Assembly (NCBI GenBank): GCA_964187785.1
Contig: OZ076409.1
Location: forward strand, 78,060,001 to 78,124,000
DNA: 64,000 nucleotides
Reading direction: 5' to 3'
DNA from: Amphiscolops sp. MND2022
Lineage: Eukaryota
The notes beneath the pieces are model-generated. The model saw nothing but the letters and a program-made list of their open reading frames with translations. It did not search any database and was not told the origin of the DNA. Below, piece by piece: positions 38,201 through 50,200 of this stretch (position 1 is its first letter; the number at the start of each line of letters is the position of its first letter). The position numbers were made by a program, and so were the translations under genes.

Positions 38201-41200
38201 GTGAAAATTGCTATTTTGAACTGAACCGAAAAGGTTTTTCCTTTTTTCCGCGTAACATACAATACCGGGCGAGACGAAAGGGCCCCCCTTTCAGTTTTTT
38301 CGGTCTTGTGACTTCTTTTCGAAAAAAGTGTTCCCCAAAGGGTCCTCCTTTCAATTTTTTTGATGATTTGCGACACAATGGATGAAAAATCTCGAAGGCT
38401 CTCCCCTGGCGCACCAATTCGGTCCAACTTCTGGATTTTTCGAATACTGTAGAAGAGAATACTTGACACTTTGAAGTCCTTTTGCTATTTTTGAGCTTTA
38501 GATATGGCGCCAACTTGGGCCGTTCCCGGTTTGTTTTCTGGGTTACAACTCTTGGTCGTAAAATAATTGTGAAACAGATGGTCTAGTTGTAACTGGCAAA
38601 GTTGTAACTTAGCTCAAATATAGCTTGTTCTATCCCTTATTTTTCTGCAATGTTCTGATGTTGAACTATACAAGCAGTATTTCGTTACTAATCTCTCACT
38701 GCTGCTGCTTTTGAAAAATTAGCTCATCAAATGCTGCCCACTGAATTGGTTGTCGGAATGAAGTTTTTAGTTCAAATATAGCCTCGTATTCTTCGACTTC
38801 TGAGCTTCTATTTTTATTTTAATCATGATTTTCAGAACAATTAACCGAATGAATATATAAAAGAATATATATTCTTTTATATATTCATTCGGTATATACC
38901 CAGGAAACATGACAGCTTTTTCCGTCAACCTCAAATTTGGTCAAAGGTTTTAGGAAATCTTTTCAATTTTCCGTCGTGCTTTCACGGGAAGAGAATGTCC
39001 CATTTTTTGAATTTCCGGGAAAGCAGAGCTTTAAAACTTGATAAAAGTTCAGTTGGGCAAATAATTAATATGCATAGAGATGAGGGCGTCATCTTCTCTC
39101 AAGAATTTCTCTTTTTAATTTCATCTTTGTGTGCAGATCCCCGTTTGAACAGAGAGCCCAAGGGCGTGAACAGGGGAAGCGAGGGGATTCAGCGCAGGTC
39201 AAGTGTGGGAAGCAATCAGCAGCTGCCACATGTGGTTGCATTCAACCCAATCGTCACTGCCCAGACGTCGTCGTCTTCAACTCCATATCCCTATCTACAC
39301 AAGTTTGTTATTTTCTCTTATGGAAGTCAAAAGAAGTACAGTCATAAAGTTAATGAAATTAATTCGATACTAGTCTGCATCTAATTCCACCTAATTATAG
39401 TTTCCAAAGAATTATTTTAAAAAAACTTATCGGACAAGTTGAAATGGATTCTAGCCAGTTAACAGGCGTCTATTTTGAAGTAGGATAACACAGGTGTTTA
39501 CATTATCCCGAACTAATAATGTTGCCGATGAACTCCGAATAATTGCATTAAATGTTTTTTGTAAAAATCTATTTCCAAAATGACTGACCGTGAAAAACGT
39601 TTGTTTTACTACTCGCGTCTTTGCGAGAAGGACGCTATCGTCGTAGTCAAATTAAATGTTATTTGATGTTGAAAGTCTTACCTTCGGATGAATCCTTTAT
39701 GAAGCTCATTGAAACGTTTTGTGCTAAAAAAGTATTAAGATCATGTAAAACCCTGACTCAATTGAGATGTAACACAAGATGACGAGCATTTCGCTCTGTG
39801 AGATTTTCGCTCGTACTGAGTTTTGAGGTTTTTTAATGCATGAGGCTTGATTTGTTATTTATAGTTTGATAAACTAAACTCTTTTCATCTCTTCAACTCA
39901 TTCAATGCTTCTTCTATGTGTAATACCTATCTTTCATTGCTCACTTTCCAATGCCCATCAACTTTTTTGACCCACTGCTAGTCTTTTCCAACTAACACTG
40001 GTCTCAATTCTTTCCGTTTGCGTGCATGATTTGTTTTTAATTGCATGGTTGGTCTTTAGTCTGCAAGTGAAAGAAACTTTGAACCAAGAGTGGCGAGAAT
40101 ATCTGCAACGTCAGAAGCAGAATGCTCCTCACACTTCCCAAGACCAAGGGGTCACAGAGGAGACGTTTGAGAAGAGGTTAGGATCTGAGACTGCTTTAAC
40201 CTTGAACCTCACCATTTATTCAACCCCACTCTAGACATCCTTTGTAATCGGGTTGAAGCGTGTTATAAGCGTCTTGTGGGTTCCATTCAACTGAATTTTT
40301 TTAAGTGCAAAATCGCCTTTCGCGGCTCTGTAGATTATGCTATATCTACTGAGGTCGGTGACCTGTTTGAAGATCATTTGCTTAATTAGCCCCCAGGCTT
40401 ACGTAAATTGTCATCCCTCAAAAATATTCTTCAGATGAACTTAACTTCTGGCTTTTTCATTTCATCGGGTGGCAATCTCTGTCGGATTAGTTTCCTCGGA
40501 GGTGATAGGAATTATGTCCAAAGCTCAGGGTGATGTTCCACTGCTTGGCTATTAGATTTTGATCTACCTTTGCCTCAGTAATCGAAAATATCCAGAGACA
40601 ATAATTCTTCAAATCCATTCTCGTGAAATCTTGTCAATGGATTTTGTTTAATTGTGCCAGTTTTGCATATAAATGAGTGAAGACTTTTGTTTAGATGTAA
40701 CATTTCAAATATAAGCTAAACTTCTTTCCAATATTTGATCTGTTGAACTTTTCAAGACATGTTAGGTGAACCTGTGCAGTGAACTGATTTTCTTCTCAAA
40801 AACATAATTGCTTCGTGGACCGAAGAGTATATCAATGATATGAAATGCTCTCTAGGCATTAGGCATATTCCTTGTCACACAAAGAGTGGGTTAAAATTAT
40901 AGAAAAAAAGAACATCAGAGAAAGTCCATCAGCTAGTCTCTTGCAGTGCTCCGACATTCAGAGTGCGGGCTTTCTACCTGGGGAGGGGAATGATTTGCAA
41001 ACGATATGCGTTTCTTCGGCGACAACTGTCCTCGACACTTGTCATTGTTAGGCCTTAGTTACAACTTGCCACGCTGTGTGAACATGTCGTCCCGTTCCAT
41101 TCTTGTTTCTTGCGTTTCGCCTCCAGTAACGAACACAGTCAGTGCACAGAAATACACTATACGTACCGTATACTCGTACAGTAATTAAACTACATATAGA

Positions 41201-44200
41201 ACCAACGAAAGGCTGTAATGAATTGTAGGTCCCTCTCCTCCCCCCCCCTTCGAACAAAGTGTGCAGCGGGACATATACCGTAGTCTAGGAAAGGTTCAGA
41301 GTGTATCTACGTGGTAGCTTATCTGTCTGTCGACTATTTGTCTCGTCTCGGGTGGTCTCATTCGTACTCGTGCCTCTTTGTTGTTCTCCATTACAAACAT
41401 GTACCCCATTACCATACCACCACAAAGGACTGAACAAGTCGTCTTGCACTCCACGTTATTTCTCTGCACAACTTGCCACACAGTTCACTTTTGCATTAGT
41501 ACATTACATTATATTTTGAACAAATGCAATGCGAAATTGTACATGAAATTAAAAGCTACATACATTTTTCGTGCCAACTTTTTACAGTCGCCGTAATTTT
41601 TTTTGTTTTCTGGACAATCGATTCAACATTGGGTCTCCATTCTCAACAGTTGAAACTTACTTCAATTTACCATTCTCACTGGTACTTCATGTTTTTGTAT
41701 TACTTCGTTCTGGAGTTACGAAATACAGTACTGTTCCAAGTACATGTAGTCAGAGAGTATTGATTGGTGTTATCCAAAATGCCCTTAGAGTTTGTTTCGA
41801 GCCAACGGGGCCAACCGAAGTTGAAGCATGAAGGTTACTTTTACTGCAAGCACCGTGAATCTAATGGTGTAACCACTTGGAGATGCGACAAGAGGTCTTG
41901 TAAGGCCACAGCCACGACTAGCGAATACGACGACACTGTTTATGTATCACGAGAACATTTTCATCCCGCCAGTTTGCCACCTGTTGAACCCCTTTCGTAA
42001 GTGCGGTAGTTTTCACCGCGACTTGAAGCTACTAATCGTTAGTCCAGCATTCTAGTAATGGGGGCAATTTCTTGCCATGAAATCAAGACTCTATTCGTTC
42101 CTACGTAGTCGTACCAGTTTTTTGGATCCTGGACAACTCGATCCTAAACAATTCGATTCTGGACAGCAATCCTGTCCGTGTGTAGTACGTATGTTGTTCT
42201 GAAACTTCTGCAAATGTATGTGATTTTCTCTGTTGAATTTCCGTACCCCCGCAAATGTGGTCTCTACAGTGTTTTTTGTCTGCGCTTTTCCTAAGAGAAA
42301 GTTTTTTCAAAATGATTTTTCGTCTTAAAGTTTGGTTCTCTCAGTGGACCAGCACGCTATATCCGAATTTTGTTTTTTTTAAGACGTTGTTTTTTCGGCT
42401 GTTATGCGACTTTTTCAATTTGTTTCAATCGAAGCCCCCTCGACTTTTACTAGAAACGAAACATTTTGCGAGCATAGAGGACTCCTTCGGGTTTTCGGCA
42501 CTGTGAAACTTTCCGAAAAAAGAAACCCGATTTTTCCCAAAAGTGGTTTTAAGGCGACGAGCGAAGCGAGATGCCTTATTGTTTCCGTCGGGTTTTTTTT
42601 CGCCAAAACGGGACATCCCTCTGCATTAGTAAAAGTTTCGGCTATTTTTCTCCAAGCCTATTTCTCCGAGACAATTCAAAATTTTAAAAACAAAACCGCA
42701 ACTGAATGCCCTTTCTGGCCATGTAAGAAGGTTCCGAAAATCTTCCGCCTGGTCGATTTTATAGCTTCGAAAACACGATTTTTGCGAAAATTTTTAGGGT
42801 TTTTTCCGAATTTGAGTAATTTTACCACTTGAACCATATCGAACCGTCTCAAAATAGGTACCAAGTGACGCAAGAGGTTGTCTTCTTTAAGGTCGTGAAA
42901 GTTTCATTATCTTACAATTATTGGGCGTTGAGAAAATGGCGAAAAAAACGGAAAATTTTTGGGGTTTTTTGCGAAATAAAATTCTAAATGTAGATTTCGC
43001 TCAATTTTACTACTTAAACGACATCCAACCGGCTCATAATTAGTACCGACCGACGCAAGAGAATGTCTTCTCTAAGCTCATGAGAGTTTCATTATTCTAC
43101 GATCATTGGTCGTTGAGAAAATGGCGAATAAAAATCTGAAAATTTTTGGGTTTTTTTGCGAAAAAAATCGTTTTTTGCGAAAAAGTGTATTTTGACGTAC
43201 CCCATGCAATTGTGGATGCTTGGGCGCACTTCCGTAGAACCCATTACTCCTGGGCCCTCTCGGAGATTTTCCGAGATTTTTAGGACGGCGCGATTTTTTA
43301 AGCTTCGGAAACATGAAATTTCTGATAAATTTAAAAGTTTTTGCCGATTTTGCCTATTTTCGGTTGATACAAATAGGAAAGTCAAAATACGCGTAAAAGT
43401 TTTTTCGCAAAAACACCCAAAAAAATTCCAATTTTAATCGCCATTTTTAAACGCCCAGTAATAACTCCTTCAGCCACAAACAGGCGTCAGCTAACGTATC
43501 AGATCAGGACCCCTCATTTCAGTGGCTGAAAGTGTTATTACTGGGCGTTGAAAAATGGCGATTAAAATAGGAATTTTTTGGCTGTTTTTGCGAAAAATTT
43601 TTTACGCGTATTTTGACATACCTATTTGTATATGCATGGGCCATTTTCCGACAAACCATTGCTCCAAAGCTATTCGAATTATCCGAAAATCTACTACCAT
43701 TGATTACGTTTCTGACAATGTAAAATTTCTACGGAAATTTTCTATCGGCGCGATTTTATTAGCTTCGGATGAATTTTCCGATTACTTTACGGTTTTCGCT
43801 GATTTTGCTAATTTCACTACTTGAACCGCATCAAGCCGGCCCAATATAAGGAACAACTGATACTGGCGGATTTTATATTCAATTTGGTGAAAGTGTCATC
43901 CTAAGATTATTCGTCATTGCGAAAACGGTTGTTAAAAATCGGAAATTTTTACGGTTTTTCACAAAAAATTCCTGAGCGTGTTCTCGCTTGTCACTTCTGA
44001 TGTATCAGCGATATTTCCACGTGATATCACACCTGAGTAGGTGTCCAAATTTGAAAATTAAAAAGTCTCGACATTTTGATGAGAAAGATATAGACCAAGA
44101 ACTTTTCGATTCTCAATTTTTTTATCAATTGTAAATTAAATGATTCCTTCCCTACTTCCAAATGGTAATCGTGTCACTAGCACCGATTCGTATTTGGGCT

Positions 44201-47200
44201 GGACAGTTTTATTGTGTAGCTGCAAAGTTTGGGTTTATGTTAAATGCTTTATTTAGCATCTACTGCCGCAGAGATTACTGTAAATCACATCGTGTCGTAC
44301 AAGTGACCTAGCCAACGCTCTTTGACATAATACAATGAAAGATCATATGATCCCTGGACACGAGCTGGAATCTAATTTTCCTTGCTGAATAATTTGAAGC
44401 CTCAAAGAGATCGTCTGCTCGGAGCCGTCGCGCAATGGCAGTTGCGCCTGTTTTTTGTTTCCAGTTGGGGAAAGTGGTTTCCTAGTTTTATGTGTATCCC
44501 TTCGGGTATTTTTGGCACTGTAAAAATGATAACATTTAAACTATCGTGTCCTTTTGCATATTTAAAAAACTTTACTTTTTTGAACCTTGAACGGAGTGCC
44601 GACTTGGGCCGTTCCCGGCTTGTTTGAGAGTTACGTGATCTAGTGAAAACGTTTATCTGGAATATGTGTACTGATATTGTAGCGTAATGGCTTTGTTTTT
44701 AACCCCGTCAAGTTAACTATACGAAACTCAATTCACTAATTCGCGCACACATCTACCAGTACTCAGTATAGTCATTGTTATAAAATATCATTTTTGATCT
44801 ACTGTAAAGTCATTTTAACAACCACTCCTTGCCAAAATATCTTGAATAAAAGGTGTGATGTAAGCATGACAATTTTAGAAACTCATCGAAAGTATCGAGA
44901 ATTTTTGGTGAAATTTATCATCTTGAAATTTGGATGTCCGGACATTACGCCCAATAATTATAGGAACGGTAAATAACGTCGAAAAAGTGTGAAAATAAAT
45001 AACGTCCAAAGATAGCAATCGTGATCTGCCACGGCCACATACGTCTAGTGTCACATACTTCCCTAAACACAGGAGCGAAGCGGAGTGATATGCCATTGCC
45101 GGTCTAGCAACTGGTTGTAATGAAGGCCGACCTGGAGGGGCGCGAAGCCCCCAGGAGGAAGGCCGAGTCATGCAACAAATTTTTAAAATGATAGGGCGTA
45201 GTGTCCTTGGGCTTGATGTCTTAGAACCGAAATTATATGGAATTTTTTTGAATTTCAAGGTATAGTAAATATGATTTACCAACCCTTTTTTAGTTACCTT
45301 GTTTATTTTGGTATTTGTTGCACCTTTGAGCTCCTTATTCTCCCCATTCTACAAGTTTGTCTAGTGAGCCCGCTGAAATCTTGTGTATGCCTAAGGTAAT
45401 GTTGGTGTTTGCCTTCTTTATGGCCTTGCATGTTGTCTCAAGTTCTTACGTAGTCTTGCTGAATGCTCGTAGGTCATTTTGTAATCTTACATGATATTTT
45501 CAACCGAAAATGAATGGGAACCAAATGAGCTGAAACAAATGGGATAAGAACTTATTGCATCCACAACAAGCAATGAGCGATAAAAAATATGTGCATGAAT
45601 GAAGTTTCTTGCTAACGAAAAACAGCTATACGTGTACACTGATACGGCAGTACAGTGTTTGAGAAGTTGAATTGAAGTGGTTAGTTTGTTCGGTGCACAG
45701 ACAAAAGGGCCACAGACAAAAAGGCTTCCAGACAAAAGGGCCAAAAAACACAGACAAAAGGGCCACCGACAAAAAAGCCGAAACAACAGACAGAAGGGCC
45801 AAAAACCAAAGTTATATTTTAATTGTTTTTTCAATAAAAAAATTGTTTTTTCAATGTAATAAAACGGATCTGGAACTTGATTTATTTGAAAAGGTTTGCA
45901 TATTTGTTGTATGGCTCGGTCGCTTCGCTCCCTTCGCCAAGTAGCAACATTGAGGCATGGCCATGTGGCACGTCGCTCCGCTTCGCTTCGCTCCTGCATT
46001 TAGGGCACTAGGGGTATGTGAACATAGCTGACTACGTTATAATAATTGAGCTTTTAATTAAAATTATTTTGGCCCTTTTGTCTGCTTTTTTGGCCTTATT
46101 GTCTGTGGCCTTTTTGTCTGGACACGAGTTTGTTCATACGCGACTGGAGGCAAACCAGTATAAGTGACTGCTGTCGTTCCACAAAGCAAAATTGCAAAAA
46201 ATGCTCATTATACGAAGAAATTCCATTGGACGAAGAATGCCAAAATTGTTCGTAAAAGTCTGTTTATTTCATACTGAAAAAAAATTGGTGGAGCATGTGA
46301 AAAGTTGATGATTTGAGTTGTTTTCTCGTGTTAAAGCCATTGAGATACAAGCTGTAGTGCTCAAAACGTGATTCATCGCATTTTCGTGGTGCTTTTAGTG
46401 TCTTTTTATTCTGTTGAATAAAAATTGTTCATTATATAATGACAATTTCAGTGATTGGATGAAAATTATAGCAGTTTAGCCTAATTATTTCATGTAGTTT
46501 CATGTTCATGCAGATCATATCCACTGTTAACAGTATTTTAAGAACCGTTTTATAACATTTTTTGATATGCTGTCATATTATGTATGTTGAGTGTAGTGGA
46601 ATCTAGGAAAACAACTGGTCGAAAATACTATGCGGAAAAGTCGTCGAAAAGCAACTCGCCAAAAAATCTTCGGCGGAAAACTCTGCGCAAGTACAGAAAA
46701 TCATCTCAGCCAAACATAGTGCCAACTTTGTGATCGTATTGTTATGGATTTCTAAATTATTATAAAGTATTACACGGTAAACTATAAAAGTGAAACATTT
46801 CAAACAACTATATAACTAAGAGCTTCATCATGAGTAAAACTGAAAATTTCACGTATCAATTGAGGAAAATAATCCCTTATTAGATTAGCACTGGGTAGTC
46901 CCTGTGGGTGATCTGAAATTATTCGACGAGTTTGCACTCAATTTTTATTCGATGAGTAAATACTCAATAAATTTTCGGCCCTTTAATTTCGACGAGTTGC
47001 ATTCGGCGAGTTAATTGGACAAGTATTCTGCATACCAGTGTAAAGTAGCGTTCTAAAATATCGCAACCTCATAGCATAAAATGGCAAAATTCAAAACCAA
47101 ATATCTCATAAACTGTCACGAATACAAAATTTTGCCAGCTAGGAAAGTTTCTTAGAATTTTATCTAGTTTACAAAAATGTTTGTTCGAAATTTCTACGAC

Positions 47201-50200
47201 CGTTACCAAAAAAGTTAGAAATTGCAAATTTTAGTAAATTTTAATTGAAATTTGAGTTTTTTCGAAAATTGAGTAACTAAGACTAATTTTTTTGGATTTT
47301 TTTTTCATTGGGAAACTTCATATAATCTCCCGAACCTACTGAATTGTTTTGATCGAGAATTTTTTTTCGAATCAGAAAAATAAACTATATTTCGTGTCTA
47401 TGAGCACTGAAGTACATGTATTAAGATAGGCTATAAGAATTGTATTTAGAAAATTGATGATTTTTATTTGAAATCGAAAAAGTTTTCCGATCAAATGATA
47501 TCAGCATCCTCAGGAGATTTGGGGGCAAATGATTGACTGAAAATTTTTCAAAAATATATTTTCAACTTTGTGAAAATCCAGAAAAAGTGCAAATTTGATT
47601 AAATTTTGTCAAAATTTTCAATTTCTAACTTTTGTAATTTTTGTCGCAGAAATTTCAAACAAACATTTTTGTAAACTAGATAAAATTCTAAGAAACTTTC
47701 CTAGCTGACACTTTTTTGTATTTGTGATAGTTTTCAAGAAATTTGGATTTGAAATTTGCAATTTTAAGCATTGGAGTTGCGATATTTTAGAACGCTACTG
47801 TAGTGATTGTTGGTCACAATTGCGCGATACTTTATTTCTGGAATTGTAATAACTCATGATTTGTTTTCAGGAACGGGGGGCAACTTGGAGATATGGGGTC
47901 AGGCATGACCAACGCCAATCAAGTGCCAATAAGCATGGTGCAACAGCAGCCACTACCACCCCCGCAGCAGCGCAATACTCCACCGGTAGAGACCACCACG
48001 CAGATAGACCTGGCCCAGCTGCTGGAGCACATCCAGTGTTCCAAGTGGCTGCCCAAATTCCAGGAACAGGATGTCGACATCAACGTCTTCTACACCATGA
48101 CCGACAACGACTTGAAGGAAATTGGCATCAAGTTAGCAAAGCTCTGATTTGTTGACTCTACTCATTCAAACTAAAACCCATTCATGTGATAAATTTAGTT
48201 GATCAGGGAGAAACCAGACGGACCAGCTAGTGGAAGGCACTATAGGCGGAAAACAAGTCGGGATCGGCATTAAATTGACGCCCGCTTAAGGCTCAATAAG
48301 CGCAAAGTACTGTGTTGAGTAACTGTTTCTGAAGAACATCCTAGCGTCAAAAATTCCGAGTAGGGCCCATCGGGATAAAAATTTATTAATTAAAAGCACC
48401 AAAAAACCAAAGCTAGGACCCTATTGAGGAATGATGTTTTTTCGAAAAACCGTAAAGTGTCAAAAAACCTAAACGGGACACTTTGGTGTCGTAAAGCTTC
48501 GCAGTTGGGATAGAAAGGCCAGGCAAAAATTATTCGAAAAGAAAGCAAGTGTCTGGAATCGAATCCCGACGATAAAGCAGTCAGTTGAAAATTCCCACCT
48601 CTGAGCGTGAAAGTTTGGATTTAGTTAGTCAGTGCCAAACGAGAGAATTTCTTATTTTGAAAAAAGCGCGCGAAGTTGGGTCAAAATTATCGTGATACGG
48701 AAGCATGAAATTTGCAGGTCCTTCAGTGTGAATTTCTGCGGATCCCAGTTCGCACTCGCTTCAGAAGTAATGAGTGCGAAAAGTCATTGTCTTCATCCAA
48801 GTGACAATTGTCAATGTTCGATAGTTGTGAAATAAAGTTGGGCTGCGATTCTGTTGCAATTTTGAAAAAATGAAGATTGTGCCTAAAGTTCTGCCTGTAA
48901 TTTAAATATGTATTTCTGTAATTATTGTAATGTCGTATATTATAATGTCGTTATAAATAATATTGTAATTATTGTAATGTAATATTAATAACTGTCGTTA
49001 TTAATTTGTAATTTCGGGAGATTTGTCTAGAAATATTGAATTGTCTGTTACTATTTTCGAGTCACAGCAGTGGTATCCCAAAGTATCCAAATGGATTCTT
49101 GGAATTCTTAACGATACTTGCTATTTGTACTGACCAGCTGATTGTTAAGTTGATGTTTCCATATTTTGACTTTTCTAGTCTTTTGGGTCCTCGGAGGAAG
49201 ATGACGACTGCAATAGCGAGACATCATCAGAACATGGCCGTGAATTTGTCCACTTTGGAGCAAACATATGCCAACAAACTGCAGAATGATATCGACGATA
49301 TTAACAAACAGCTTGTACAGGCTAGTGTTTTTGATGTGAAACTATCACTAGCATTGATCATTTTAGATACATCGCAAGTCAGTTCAAAAACTTTCTAGCC
49401 TTCGCTAATCATCAAGAGACCTTCAATGGTCCTGACTTTTATGCCAACTGTGTTCGAAAATTATAGTTGAGCATACTTTCTCGTATTTCTTTCGCGTGTT
49501 TCTCCTAACACCAGACATGCTTCGTATATGGGTTACCAGCTGTCATCGTTTTATCGTCCGATCGAATATATGGCACCTCCGAATATGAAGCGTCGTTTTC
49601 TTGGGCCTTGTGGAAGAATGAGCTGAGTCAACCATCAACAAGACGAGAACATCTTGAGACACCGCCCGCTCCAAGCTCAAAAAGCGCAGTCTCAAATATG
49701 CTTATAAATTTCAGAATAGCAATTTTTCGTAGTGGCGAGGGAAACGTAAAAAAATCCATATTGATGTTTGGGTTTGCGACACAAAAGGTCTTTTTGGCTC
49801 GCGAAACATGTTTATAATATTTCTGCATAAGCCTAAATGTTATAAAGCCGTAAATGTGATCTTTTTCCAGTCTTATTATCGACCCGTTTTCTTCGCCAAA
49901 TCTAGTAGCAGTGAGACAACGCTACTAGAAGTCTTAAGTTATTTCATTTAATTTTCGTGTCAGCTTTTTATTGCGATGAAGCGAACGAGTGTTATTTCGA
50001 GTGTCAAATACGAATGCGAAACGTCGGATACGCTTAGTAGGTGTATTTGCTTTATTCCGAAATGAATCTAAAGCGGTGTAAACTTATACAGTGAATAATT
50101 GTTCACTATATAATGAATGAATTCATAGCAGTGTTATTTCAGATACGTTGTATTAAGATTTAGATTAAGTTAATTGTTATCGTAACCTAAATCAGAAATT

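Noticed and set aside
47856..48155. Alternative-frame 99-aa ORF over the SAM exon
   Set aside because: Shadow ORF of the GC-rich ANKS3 exon 9
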